From the NCBI GenBank assembly GCA_013115145.1, contig JAAPAO010000070.1, positions 1-64,000 on the forward strand: a DNA stretch of 64,000 nt, written 5' to 3'. Positions 36,924-52,157 of the stretch are shown one piece after another (the stretch's first letter is position 1; the number at the start of each line of letters is the position of its first letter). Position numbers and translations under genes: made by a program. Under the pieces are notes generated by a model. That model did no database searches and was not told the DNA's origin. It worked only from the letters and a program-made list of their open reading frames with translations. This stretch comes from Perkinsus chesapeaki ATCC PRA-425. Its lineage: Eukaryota; Protista; Perkinsozoa.

Positions 36924-39900
36924 TCATCTGAGTTGTAACCATTTGTTGAGGCATCTGCTAGCCCTTCGAGCTCTTAAGAAATCATCAGCTTCAGGCTGTA
37001 GACCAATCCATTGTGGTGTCGGTTTCCCTTCAAATAATTTCGGTATTAAATTAACAAAATCATCTCGTTTTCGAGCATCAGGTAAACGTAGTAGGAATAC
37101 CTAAATATACCAATCAAGACACTTGGGCGGCACCACGCAGTCAGTCCCCGATCAGAACCACACCTCAGAACAACCCGAAGTATCGTCATTTGAGCATAGC
37201 GAGCCAGGATTGAGGACAAAGTCCTTTTTAAATGCTTTTGATGAAAAGATATGTTCAACAATATCTATAAGGGCCTGTCGATCTGTATCATTATCCAGTC
37301 GCCCACCATACCTTGAAGATGACAGGATGATGAACAAGACAATAAACAAAATAGCTTATTTCCTACACTACGTCTACTAGAGTTGTCCTTATAGCATCCC
37401 AGGGTATCTTAGCAGGATCTATGTTCATAAGCTCTCTAGATGATGATGAAGAAAAAGAAGAAGAAGCTGTGGTGGTGGTAGTTGTTGTTGCTTCTATTGT
37501 ATCATTCAGCCATCTAAACGTATGCATTAACGGTAGTATATGGTATTAAGATATATCACTTATCAGTGAGTTCGACAGCACAAGATAGATCAGCCTCGCA
37601 GAAATCAAACTCTTTACTCCATCCAACAGGTGCATATCTATAATGAGAAGATATGATATATTACTGATGGATGATGATGATATGTCGTAATTACCTGACC
37701 CTCTCCAATACAATAGCATGTAACCATGCCAACAAGAAGTAAAGGCGATTGCGCTCCACTGGCCCTCGTTGACATCTTTCAGGAACTAATACCTGATACA
37801 TAATATAGGGGGGCGCACAGCTGAGAGTAGAGGTAGGATGATGATGTTACTTCAGCGTAGCTACGTTGTAATGAGGGTTTAACTCCAGTTGGAGCCTCAA
37901 ACATAAGTATCCTTGCTGATTTCATTAATGTCTCTGGTAATGACTGACCAATACATGCAGCAATATCTATTGTTATGAATAGCTTAAATGAGGATGATGA
38001 TGATGAAGTCTGAGGCAACTTCCTATCCATTGTACGGAAGTATGGTAGACAAAGATGCATATTGGTTAGTAGAGCCCATCGACCCTAATAATAAGGTAAT
38101 ATTTATATAACTACCCTACTTGTTGTTGTTGTTGTATACCTGTTGTTTAGAAGCCACTGTAATAGCCCTATCTGCTAGAGTATAACCCTCTGATGATCCC
38201 ATAGCAACACTCTCTATCTGTACACCCATCCTCTCAGCTAGATCAACAATACGTAGGGATGGATCAAATCCAGGAGTGCATGCCAAGATATATAGGCAAG
38301 TATGAGGCTAAAGAGAAAAGAAGGAAAAGGAGGAGGAGGAGGAGACATGTAAGGTAGTAAATAATATGATACTTACCATTGTAGTGCTTGGCATTATAAG
38401 ATCCTGTAATGATGGTGTATTAATTGTTGTTAATGGTGGATCTAACCCTAATTGTACATCAATATATCGTTCCAGATATCCATCTAATATATCAGGTCTC
38501 ATCCATCTACATATGATAACATCCTCCAATGCAGCTAATACTGGCCCCTTCTTCTTTTGTCGTTCCTTCTGCCACTGTATTGGTATATCACATGCATCTC
38601 CTTCATCTGTACTGTTAGTTAGGAACATAGCCCACTCCTTAGAGTGTGCTTTCATACTAGACTTTAGTGCTGATACGAAGGACTCCAAGACACCGTCACC
38701 AGAGGCTGCCGCCATAGAGAGTAACCGAGCAACAAGGTCCTTATTATCAGTGCTGATGTTCATAGCATTGACATAATCCGGTACTGTTGTTGCCGTTGCT
38801 GTTATAGTATGATTATCATCGTTATCATAATCCTCCTGTATGGATAACAGTTTTATATACTCAGTTGCTGGTGTGGCTGTAGCTGATGATGCATCATCAG
38901 TTGACATGCTACATCCTATCTCAGCTATACGTAATAGGAATATCAACCGATCAGCAGCCAGTAGGCCAGCCCCAATATACTCATATACAATATTAACTAG
39001 CCTGTGCCAAATTGATTGCAGACGAGTGATTGCATCACCGCTGACGACTGATTGGCCTCCTACTCCTCCGGTTGTTGTTTTGTTGTGTAATACTGAGGTG
39101 TACAAATCCAAGTAGCGTACCAGACCAAATTGATATAGATTTGATAGAGTTGATAAATGTTGTATAACAAAGTATAGATCTGCTGCAGATTGTGATAATG
39201 GTATGTATATAGATGATACCATATTGATCTCACGTAGGTTATCATCAGCTTTATTAGCCTCTTCAGCCACCTAACATAATAATAAAGTAGTAGCCTACTA
39301 CTTTATTGTACAGTACGCGCAATACTACTACTACTACTTACCTCAGCAGCTTCACATTTAAGTGTCTCTAGAGTGGTAACAATAGCCTCATCTTCTAGTA
39401 TACTACCACTTATATTAGATAATGCATGTAATAGACTATCCTCCAATTCACGTATACGTACCTATTAAACACCAGTTAATCACACCAGCAGCAGCAGCGC
39501 GCTAAGGTCAATGGGGTACCTTAAACTCTCCTTGTAGCTTTAATGCTTTAACACGTTTCTCTTCAACATCTGGTCTCTCTATCTTCAGTAAGGCATGTAG
39601 ACATTGTGCTCGAAGTGACTCTCGTGTAACATTAAAATTAACCATGGTAACCCTAGATGCTACATCAGGTGTAAAGGTTAATGATGCATCTCTTGTAGTC
39701 ATATACCTGATGGACACTATAATCATTTTAAGGATCCCTATGAAAATTAGTACATAGCAAAAGTAGAAGAATAATCAATATCAACATCACCAACAGTTAT
39801 AAGTGTACGTCCACCTTTCTTGAATAACTCTCTATTTAATACCTAATACCATCCTCACTTCCTAGACTATTAGACTACAGCAGTCTCAACTTACAGAGTT

Positions 39901-42900
39901 TAATATAGGATCAACCTTCTCTACATCAGTTACCAATAATACAGTACCAAACCGTAATGCAGCTTCAAGATGTTTAGTAAAAGCTGGATCAGTGAAGGAT
40001 GTAACCTTTAGTTTACCAGATGATCTTGATGATGATGACACTGTTGTATGCTCATTTTGTAGGAATGTTATCGCTTGACCTGATGGGTCTACTATCATTG
40101 GATAACGTATGTATCTAGAACAGACAACTGCTACTGCTGCTGGGATGAGGGTGATGATGTAGTAAATATTAGTATAATACTACTACTACTTATCAATAAT
40201 AATAGCATTCTGTATTGATAGATCATCATTAGGTAATTGATTAGCTACCCATGATAGACGTTGACCTGGCTTCGACAGGTATTCAATAAGAGATATATTA
40301 TTATTAATCTGGATATAATAACAAATTAATATTACTTTGTATATATAATGAATTACCTTAGCAGTTCCATTGGATGATGACTGGAAAACATGTAACCATT
40401 GTTGATGTAGCTCTTGTCTATGCACATGTTCACAGAATCCACTATATGTACAGAACGCTGCACCAATAACAGTATCACCTATTATACTACCTGAAAATAA
40501 TAAGTAACTAGTCTCCCCTCCCCCCTCCCCAACCCTACCCGACTGAGCTTTATATGTCTCCTTTTGTATTTCCCATCTTTCCTTCTCAGATGCTAATGAT
40601 GCCAATAAATCAGATGACCTACTGGTGCTGTTAGTACCTCTATACTAACATAGTTATTACCTTTTACACATAGATGATACCTCTTCCATCTCGCTACGTA
40701 TACTTTGCCCTTCACTTATTAGCTGAGCATATTCTTCTTTATATTGTTCTATCTCTGACTCTAACTTCTCCAGTAATTCACTATTAGCTTTCAATTTGCC
40801 ATTACTAACCTACACCCCCACAACCATTTTATACATTAATAGCAGTACCACATCATTACCTTCTGTTGTGCCTCTAATTCGGCTACCTCTGCCCTCAATG
40901 GTCCAATACTTTGTAGCATTTTACCATAACTAATCTGACTCATAACCCATTGTGCTAGTGGACCAGCTGCCCTTGATGCACGCTCTATTCTATCCATATC
41001 CCAGGCAGATGATTTAAGATACCTATAGATGCCTAATAATACTATTAAACCGCTTTATTACCCTTCAACACGTTCTCTAGCAGCTACACTTAGTGCATCA
41101 GTATTAAATTGTAATACAGTTACCATAAGCTGTGGATCCTTTAACTCCTTTCTAATATGATCCCAAGTTAGCTCTACACCGGGGCCATAGTTCCTGATAT
41201 TGATATACTATATAATCCATAGCACTATAACACTACTACTACTACCTTATTAAACACACTACAGCCTCCAATGTTATCTTAACTGGTGCAGGTGGATTAG
41301 GTAATGATCTCATCTCATCAACTTGCTTCCTTTGTATAGCTTGTACTAATTGCCTTGCATGATTTAAAGCAGGTTCAACTTCAGCTAACTCCCTAGCAAC
41401 TTCATCTTGCCTTGATGCAGCCTACCATAATAATATTAATACAACCCTGGCCCACAGTTACTACCAATTGATGATCCTTATTCAACTGTTCTCTAAGTAA
41501 CTGACTTTCCCTCTTCTTTTGTTCAGCTTCACTCTGCCCCTTTATCATTTGTGCCATCTTACTCTCAGCTTGCTTATTCTTTTCAGCAAGTAACTCGGAC
41601 TTATGAGATAATTGTGTCTACATTGTAATCATCATTACATCATCATCTTCAACTACCCTCAATCATCACCTTCATTTCAGCCACCTGCTCTCTAGTCTGA
41701 TGTAACTTCTCCAAGCCTAGGTTTAAATGTCGTTGTTGCTCTGCCCACTCAGCCCGTTTAGCAGTGTACAATGACTCAAAGTGCCTCAAAAAGTCCATGT
41801 AATCCCTAGGGGTTATATAAGCAAATCTTTTGCCCATATCTCTCAATGAGTTATGTAGGTTAACAACACTCTCATGTATACATACCATACTACTAGCAAC
41901 TGATGCTGCCTGAAAACAGTATTAGATAGAACAACAACAATGGTGGTGGTGTAATTGCTAGTAAGGCATTACCCTCTCTTCGACATCAGGAGGAGGTGCA
42001 GCGCCTTTACCGTACTGGAAACAGTATTGAGGTAAGTCTAGATTAGTAAGGGTATCATGAGCTATTTGTAGTAGAGCATCTGTTGGCCAATCACCAACCC
42101 AGTTAACAACACATCTGTTAAATAATGCTGGTGATGTTGCTTTACGATTATGGAAGTCTGGGTTAGCTGGGTTCATAGTAAATACTATATGAAGGTTACG
42201 TTGGACCTAAAAACAAACTACGTTCATCATATTTATCACAAATGTGGAATAATCCTTTGTAACAGATAATATAACAATAAACTCACCTGCTTAGTAAAGT
42301 TGGTAAATAGCTCATTAGCATCATCATCATCAGTTGTAGCGTCCTTAGCCATAGTAGTATTGCTACTACCACCTTCAGTAGTAGCAACAGCAGCACGACA
42401 CTCATGTATTAGATTCTGATATTCATCACCTTCGAATAGCCCAGGGACCTAATAAAGGTAGTCTAAGGTGCTAATAACATGCTGCTGCTGTTGGTGGTAG
42501 TAGGTAGTACCTCTCCTCCAGCTAATAAGGCATTCATCCTCTCTAGGAATGCAGGACCAAGGACATTTGACTCATCGAATATGAAACATATCTTTTCACC
42601 CTTTACACCAGCACGTTTCATAACATTACGAAGATCAACCTCAAATGAGTGTATATCGTATGACTTGCCAATCTGGAGTCAATTAATAAGGTGACAATCT
42701 CCTTATAATAAATGTGATAACGCACCTACCTTTAACTGAAAGATAGATAAACCATTCATCCAACTAACAAACTTAGATAGGACTGTTTTACCAACACCAC
42801 TAGCACCAACAAGTAACATATGACCTAATGATGATGATATGATTAATACAGTATAAACAAGGTAAGGATAGGGTATTACTACCCAAGGGCTGCCTGAGGA

Positions 42901-45900
42901 CTCTATCAACCCTGGTTATGTGATCTAACATTGTATCAAATATTGATAATTTAACAGATAAAGCATCTTCATAGAACTCTTCTAGTTTAGCACCAACAAA
43001 GCCTCTAAGACGCTCTATATCAATCTAAAAGGGATTACAATAACCAATGAGATGTCTCGTATAGTAGCTATTTCTACTACTACCTCAGTATAATACTTGC
43101 TACCATAATGTGAGAACATTATTGGTCTTATTAATTCCTTATCTGTTGCCCCCAGATATTCTTTTGCCGTATCATCAATTATACCATCAGCCACTCTACG
43201 TTCTTCACTACTAGTTAATCGATCACGGAACACTCTCATAGCTTCATGGATAAATAGACGTATTAATTGAGTACGTGACATACCATCATATTCTATCATA
43301 GCTTCATATAAGGCTATCTTCCATCTTGTTAGCTCTCTAGGTGAATAGAAATAATGTGGTTGTCCAGAATTATCAACAGTAAAGGTATTACTCATCTTAT
43401 TATATACATCAACCATAGCTCTGGTCAACATATCAGCATAATCACCAAGTTGTGGCTGTAATGTTGTTAACATAGCCCTAGAGAATGTACCATATATTTG
43501 TATCAAAGAGCTACTAGAAGGATAGTCTACAAATAAGACAGGTACATGACGTAGGAACCTATCGCTCATAGCATGTCGACCAGCATCGGTAGAAGGGTTA
43601 CATGCTCCAACAAACAATATACGCTCTACGCTAACCCATGATCTATCACTAGGCCTATAAAAGCCTTTAGCCTCTATCATCTGCCTTATGAACATTATAA
43701 CTCTTTGTGTACCATAATCATCTGGTACTGGTAAGTTAATCTCATCACAGAATACTACTAACCATTTATCATGTGATCCACCAGATGGTCTAAGTCTCCA
43801 GCCAGATGATGTCTGACAACATTCACAATACATCATTAATGTTCTCATTAGCATTTCTGGTGTAGATTCACTGGAGAAGTTCAAAGAGGCTACCTCTACT
43901 GTATCACCAAGGTTACGTAAAGCTGATAGTAACGTCATAGACTTGCCAGAGCCAGGAGGGCCACAAAGGACGAAATGCCTTTTAGAGGCTATCCAAGCAT
44001 TAATGCATTCAGCATTCCTCTCAGTATCCATAGTTGATATAACAAGATTAGCATTTAATACTTGACCAGCCTCTATATCAATACTTTTAACTCTATCACC
44101 CCATGGACTCCATTCACCATCAATAGTCCGTACCTCATAGTCCAGGAGACTACTTGTTGTAGACAATGACATCGGCACTGGAACACCACTGGCTTCAGCT
44201 TCGGAGGATACAAAGCGTCCAAACTCTTGTCTATCAGCAAGGGGAAGGGAAGAAGCAAATCCCCAGCATACTGATAATATAAGGGCTTTATCAAGATACC
44301 TCTCTCTTATAGATGCATTACGACAGGAACACATGGCACGATTAACATAATGTTCAAGTAGACTGAACATAGCATTAATACCTCTAGTAGAGGTAAATGG
44401 CATAATATGACACGAGGCTAGCTCCTTAGCATAGCTTAATGAACGGTATACTAGACCACCAGGATGGAAGAAACGCATAAGTGAATCGATAAAGCAGCTA
44501 GCAGTGTCAGAGGTATCCAAAGTCGTGGATGATCGTGTTGTCGAGCCCTTATATGTTGTATTAGTAAGACACTTTAGTTGTCTAATACATATCATATTAT
44601 CAGTTACTGTATCTGGACTAAACCATACCATACCACATCTTGATACTGTAGCCATTGTAGCATGTTTAAGGGAATCAACCTAATGATAATTAGGGTTAAT
44701 ATATTGGAATCTTTTTAGGATGCTCTATTACCTCAAAGACTATCCTAACATTATAAGGTAATAATAAACGTTCACCACTTGGTAATGTTAACATTTTATT
44801 ATCATCAAGTACTGAGTTAAGATTCTCAGCCCAATTAGGATCAACATCTCCATCAAATATAATCCAATTACGTCTATCTATACCAGTAGAAGAGTGTTCC
44901 CCTACCATCCCTATCCTATCATCATCATCTATCCTATCACCACTGGTTGCTGCAGCACTATTAGTTATTATAATTTTCCTTAGTATACCAGTAAATACAC
45001 CATCTGTCCATTCTCTAGTAGTAGTATCTAATCTACCATATAGATCATCCTTTAACATAGCCTTTGGCTCTATGATAAATGACTTGGATGCTATTCGTTC
45101 ATGACGTTGCAGAGCTTCTAATAATACCTTAGTAACAGATGACCTGAACAATAATGATGACTATCACATTCATGCCCTCCTCCTTACTTTCCACTCCCTA
45201 CTGGCCCAAATAGTATAATGCCATGATGTAGTTTTTGTAGCTGATAGAGTTGCAAGCACTTCTCAATAAACGCCTCTTGTGGGTCTAGGCCCTTCTCCTT
45301 GCATACGTTGATAACATGTAGCTTAAGGCTCTCTTCATCAAATGCTATTGCCTACAGCAACCTATCATGGATCTGCAAACCTTTGAGTATTTACCTTAGT
45401 CTCGGGGAACACCTCCTTTACTAGCTTAGACATAATAATAACATCATCACCGACTAGTTTAGGTACAATAGCATTGGCAACAGCACGAAGTATTATAACT
45501 TCCTCAGATAAAGGAGGCTGTTCATCGTCCTCATCATTCCCTTCGGTAATAGCCTTAGATGATCTCATAAGACTACCAGCACTAGCTAGTACACTCTTTA
45601 ATGCTCTTAAGCCAAAGTCATAGTGTAGCTGGATGGAGAGGTCTTTGGCACATCTATCAAATAGTTCAACTACTCTTGATGATAAATATTCAGCTTGTTT
45701 AAATCCTTGTGAGTAAAGCAATACCTCAGCTATTAATGCCTTATCAGGTACTATCATAGCTACTTGTCGGAATAATTGTTTAAGATTGTCAGGAAACTTA
45801 GATCTTCCTGCATATCCAGGATTAGTAGTAACAAATATACCAACATTACGGGATAGAGATACTGGGCGATCGAGGATGCTAACCTTATCACGTTCATGTC

Positions 45901-48900
45901 TTAGACCAGATTGTATAGCATATATCTGTTGACTCACTGCCGATAAGATACGCTCCTCTAATCTATTAAATTCATCAAAGCATCCCCAAGCACCAACTTG
46001 GCATAAACCAACGAATATACGCCCCATAGCAGTAAAGTCAAAGCTTTCATCACAACAGAATACCATAACAAGTCTACCTAGTTGTGCTCCTAATGCTTTA
46101 ACTGTCTCTGTTTTACCAGTACCAGCAGGGCCAAATGGATTACCACCTAACCTCATATCAAGTGTCTGAGCTAATGCCATATAACAACGATCAGTTAATG
46201 GAGTTTGGACTAATCTATCACATACACCAAGATACTCAAAACCGTAAGTGAATACAGCATTACATATCTCAACATTAACCTTCATACCATCATTTGGATA
46301 AAATCTATGTTTAAGTACTCTTAACCATTCAAAATGATGTGGGCTAGAACATCCAACACTATCCAGATGACGGCTAACTTCTCTTTGATGTATAACTTCA
46401 CTTATCAATTGTTCATATTTCCTCCTTAGTAAGTTATCGGACTGTGCCCCAGTAGACCCACCAGCAGCGGCTGCTGCTGCTGACAATGCCTCCAGTTGAG
46501 TTATACAATCCTCTATAACAGTAGCAGTACCACCATCCTTACTAAGGGCTGATGATTGTGCATTACACCATCTAGCTTGGCATGCTAATAATGCTATTTG
46601 GGCAGGGAACTTCTGAGCCAAGTCTAGTATACTTAATCTAGGATCCATAGCTTCTAATAATAACTCTGGTAAACGGGTATACATTGCCTTCTCTATTGAA
46701 CTTAATACATAATATACACCACGTTTAGCATTATTAATACCATCATTAGATATATTAACTGCTATTTTATGAGTATCACCAAGATGTACCACCTCATACT
46801 CTCGACTTCTTATTGCTGTTATCCATACTATATTACCATCCTTATCATCTTGACATATCTCTATACCAGCAATACCAGCAAACATCTTACCCAAGTGTTG
46901 TGATATAATATTAAGATCTTGTGAGTTGCCTATTATCTCTAATAAATCCTCATCACCAACAAAGTAAAATCTAGGGAACTGTGCCCTTTGCATCTCCAAA
47001 TAATCTCCTAATGCCTTTTGTATCCTACTCAATGTCCTTCCTAATCTCTCCAAGGTATTAATAATATTATCATTAACTATAAGATCTAATATATTAACCT
47101 TATTGTCTGTTATCTTTCTCATTATTGATATAAATTCAGCATCAACTGATATAAACCTTGATGATTCTGTTGGTAATAATGTCCGTATATCCTCTGAGTT
47201 ACAGAATATCCCTTCAAGATAGACATATCTTCTTTGTACATTAACCCATATATCCAATAATACTCTTAATTTAGTAAGCCTATCTTCCCATGATATAGTA
47301 TCAGCCTCAAATACCTTATAATAAGGTGAATGCTTCATAGCATCTAATGATCCTATATGCTCATCTAGTTGGGTAAATAGATCATCCCAACCTTTAACCA
47401 AATTACATTTACCACCAAAAGGTATTAATTCAAGATTTAACGTACTCCAATAATCCTTAACATTATTAATAAATTCCTCTAATGCTAGCTCACCCGATGC
47501 CTCCACCATTATACCACGTAGTTCCTTCTCCTTTTCTATAAGGGCTCTACATTCCCAAAGCTGCCCTAGTTGTATAGTATTAATTGCTACCCCCATAGTA
47601 GTAGTACCACCACTTAGTGATATAATATGCATTATCTGTTTCCAATGCCTATCCTTTAATGCCTCCGACTTGAGATCCGCTATAAGTGGATGAAGCTGTA
47701 AGGCCGCCTTCACACGATTACGTAAATCATCATATGCATCATATTGACGTAATGCATCTGGTAGTTGTGCTAGATCCTCTAATAACTGTTCTAATGACTG
47801 CTTTATCTTTTTAGGTACTATAGCTGGCCATGGTGTATCGGATATATCAGATAATTTATGATGTATACCACCAAGACCTTCCCATACCGATCTCAGATTT
47901 GATACATCTTCTCTTAATGGATCCAATCGTCTCTCATTACTACAGTCTAAATCAAGTACCCGTTTAGCTTTAATAACCTAAGCCCATAACCTTATATACC
48001 AGAATAATGAGTAACCCTATTACTACCTGAACCAGTTCAAGTTGTACTTTAACTAATCGGGTATCGAATGATGATATACTCTGTAGTGCTCTAATAATAC
48101 TCACTATTATCCTTAGTCACTATCTCGCTTACCTTCTTGGTGATTCCATTATATTATCCTGCTGCTGCTGTTGATTATTCCTCATAGTATTACCCCATTC
48201 ATTATATAATTCATTAATTAGTTCCATAACTCTATTATCATGTGTTGTTATTATACCCTTAACCTTATCCAAGCTCTCTTCTAATAGTTTAACTCTTCTA
48301 TTTAATACCTATAACCCATTATAATCCCTAGTATCCCCATAAACTTCGACCCCTTACTTGCTGTAATGCAGTCCATTCCCCTTCTACCCTATCAGTCCAT
48401 ACCCAATCTCTTGGAAATGAATACCTTTGCCTCTGTAATAGCTTTTCCCCAGCCCTTAATGAAGCCACTCTCTGCGACCATGCTTTATTAGCATCTCTCT
48501 CAGCTTCACGTACACAAGTAACAAATTCAGCAATCTAAAGTTGGACTTTAAAGTGGTAGTAGTACCCTGTAGGATGTTATTACCTCTCTACAGCTTGTAA
48601 CTACCAGTGTCTGTTGTTCAAGTGATGTCCTGGATTTCTCTAATTGTGCTAACATTGATCTAGTCTGATCAGCCATCTGTACTGCAAATGCTTGTAATAC
48701 TTCCCTTTGCCATTGATCATATTTATGAAGTACTTGTTCCTGTATAGGGCTAAAGTCTATTGCTATAGGCCCAAATGTTTCCGTATCTCTAGCTGCATCT
48801 ACAGCTATTCTAGCTATTCTAATCTCACTAAGTAATTGTTGCCATGCTTCTATATCATCTCCTAGTTCATTAAATAATGCTGATGGTTCTGCACGCCATA

Positions 48901-51900
48901 ATCCTTCATATTTAATCCAATTATCAACATATTTACCCATACTATCAATAGTAGTATCAATAATATTATATGCTTGTAATAACATATTATCATTATTATC
49001 TATATCAATTAGATCCATAAATGTGCCCCCTCCTCCTCCTCCTCCACTAACCCTATCCTTTACAGTATTATTAACATTATCATATCTACCATGTCTTATC
49101 CTAGGAAAGTGTGATAGCTTAGCCAATAATACTGATAGATTTTCCATAAGACCAGCTCTAGCCTCGTGTATACTTGGTTTTAACACTAACCGTGTATTGG
49201 GGCCTTCCTGTAGCATTATTAGCTCATGTACAGTAATACCATCTTCAGGTATAACTCTAGTACCATTACGTGGCCAGTCCTCGAATTCATCCACCCATAA
49301 CCCTACAACTGCCGATAGTTCAGCATAAAGCCTAGCAGCTAGCCTAGCGTTTAAATCGGATACATAGGATTCAAGGTTAGAACATCCAGCAAGGTTAAGG
49401 TCATCAACTATCTTTTGTACTTTACCAAATATACCCAATACCTGGTCGACATAACTAAGGGTTGTTGACTTATTAGAATTAGTAGTAGAGGTGCATGAGG
49501 AGGGTGGTGGTATAAGAATAGAGGAGTTAGCTGTTAAGAAGAGTTCCTCTTGATTAGGCCTATATAATGTATCATCTATCATATGGATACATGCTAGCTG
49601 GTCATCTACTAAATCATCTATACTATTAACCATAGATAATACCTCAGTCCAACGATCTTGAAAAGTAAATATTAGATCACTAACTTCAGCAGTATAGGAG
49701 TATACAGCATCAATATCATCCCAACCTATATCACATGCAGCTAATAATGCATCTTGTACTTTACTATGAAATTTTGCTAATAATGATGCTACTCTAGGTT
49801 GCTGTGCTAATGTAGTCCCCAATGACATATATGTTTCAGCACATTCTCGTAAGGTAACAGATAACGGATATATCTTCCTTATTTCCTCCCCTTTAACCTT
49901 TACAGCAAATGGTATTTGATAATGTAAACTATCAAGATATCCAAGCTCTTGACATAAGATTAATAAATCCTCATCAAAGTTCATCTTTAGTTGTAATTCA
50001 CCATTATTTGCCTTATATACTGATAACACTCTAGCACCCCAATCAATTGATACATTACGTGCAGACTTAACCCATGTATCAAATAGTTTACTAGTATCCA
50101 ACTTCTTACCAAAATAATCACATTCCTCTTTAATCCTTTGACCATCTATATGTTTATCCCAATTAGGCCCCAATACTGATGCTACTTGATTTATTAATGT
50201 AGTTAATCTCTTACTTATTTGCCTTGCCCATATTATCTTTCCACTTAATGCAGGTACACCCCTCTGTAGTAACATAGTCTCTGTACCAGAACCCTCAAAG
50301 CCCTTTTTAAATGCCTCTTGTAAATCAAATATATCCCCTTTAACTCTAGTTAATAATGAGTTTTGATATTCAAGTACAGCGCTTCTTATCCTTAGTCTAA
50401 AGAATAATGGATTGAAGCGTGCAAAGGCTTGGAACATATCCTTGGTAGTGGTAGCATTTCCTAATGTATCCCTCATAGTTGATATTATTAATGATTCAGC
50501 TCTAGCAATAAGATCAGCATATTCCTGTTTAGCCCTATCCCAAGCTTCACTACCTTCATCACTTATATCCACACTATCAACTGCTAATATCTTATCATAC
50601 GCAGCTATAACAGTATTCTTAGTAGCAACTGCTGCTGCTGCTGATGTAGTGTTATTATTATCGGTATCCCCCTTAGATGTAACAAATACCTTATCTAATG
50701 TATGTATAAACTGTTCATGTTGTTTTCTAAATTGCCTTAATTCTCCTATACGATCTTGTAATGGATCATGTGCAAATCTCATCTTAGCAGGTACCCTCTC
50801 AGATGACTGTCCACTACGATGTTTAAGCTCATCACGTAGTTGTTGTTTAAACTGTCTAGCTGATTCAGCCCAATTAACACATACTTCTCTACATAAACCC
50901 GTTAATAGTTCAAATTGCGTATAAGGTAATCTCATTAAAGATGTTCCTCCTCCTCCTCCTCCCTGCTGCTGCTGCTGGTACTGTCCTTTAGCTGGATGTA
51001 ATATCTTATTTAATTGTATTAATAAATCCCTAGATACATCCTCCATAAGCATAGCTGCCCTATATACTGGATATCTCCTAGCCTTCCTTAATGTCCTTTT
51101 CATATGATTGAATATACCATTAACAGCCTCTGATATCTCCTCTATAGTTCCAGCATTCAATAATGCGTTTATAGGTAGCTCTCTTAATAACACTAGACTA
51201 GACTGCACTCTTTCTATATTATCAGGTAGCTCTACATGTGCCTCAAATGTTACCGTTGATAGGAATCTTCTGCCTATGCGTAATACTTCTAGTGCAAATT
51301 GAACCTGGACCAGGTACGTGATGAAAAATATACTACAACAACCTACTAGAGGGTCCTCTAATTGCTTCCTAACATTTAGTAGGTTAGTCTCGATTGCTAT
51401 AAAGAACTCAATTTCCTTTATAGTAGCAGATCCACTATCAGTTGTAATCTTCTTCCCTACTCCCCCAGCAGCAGTACTGAGGTGATCCTGGTGTTGTAGC
51501 TTAGTAACCTTATTAATATCTGTTATCCATCTATTAACCTATACATCAATGGTAAGTTAGGTGATGGGTATTATTACTGATGTTTGAACAGCATCAAGGA
51601 ATGCAGGATCTCTAAGCTCTTCTTGGGATAGATGCTCCTTAGCTGATATAGGGCTATTGGGATGGTCCTTCTTAAGCCTAGAGTATCTAATAACATTAAT
51701 AGTAATACTAAACTATATATAGTTAATACACTTCATCCACTATAGGATCAACTGATAGTATTGTGGTAGTAGGTATATGGTATTCCATAATAATAACCAA
51801 CTATTATATTACTAACATATAACTCAATACAGTAAATAAGTTATAACTCATCATCATGACACGTCACTGTGAATGATGTCTCCAGCTCAACATATTCGTA

Positions 51901-52120
51901 CTTTGTCGTATTGATTCGATTGAAAGCCATCAGCATATCGATTATTCACTTATCATCCTACTGGTACGCAGTTGTATGAGACTAGATACTGCCAAACAGC
52001 TACAAAGAACTGTATAACCCATGCACAAGTTCAGAACGGTCCGATTGAAACGAGGGCGGAGCGAACCGATTCATGAATTACATTTTCATAGACCAGAGCC
52101 AGATTTTTCTCAGTGTTCAT
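36924..52120 (-). CDS. DYNC1H1: Cytoplasmic dynein 1 heavy chain, multi-exon; 5' end uncertain, C-terminal cap absent
   Basis: P-loops GPAGTGKT (AAA1, with [20 protein letters not shown]), [16 protein letters not shown] and GASGVGKT. Tail exons [11 protein letters not shown]|VNRWI, stalk and MTBD exons, and AAA6 YGGRLDND are present. The stop TGA is at 36926-36924. Confidence 0.96.
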
Positions 52121-52157
52121 AATAATCGCTTGTTAGCTGGTTTTTATTGTGTTGTTG

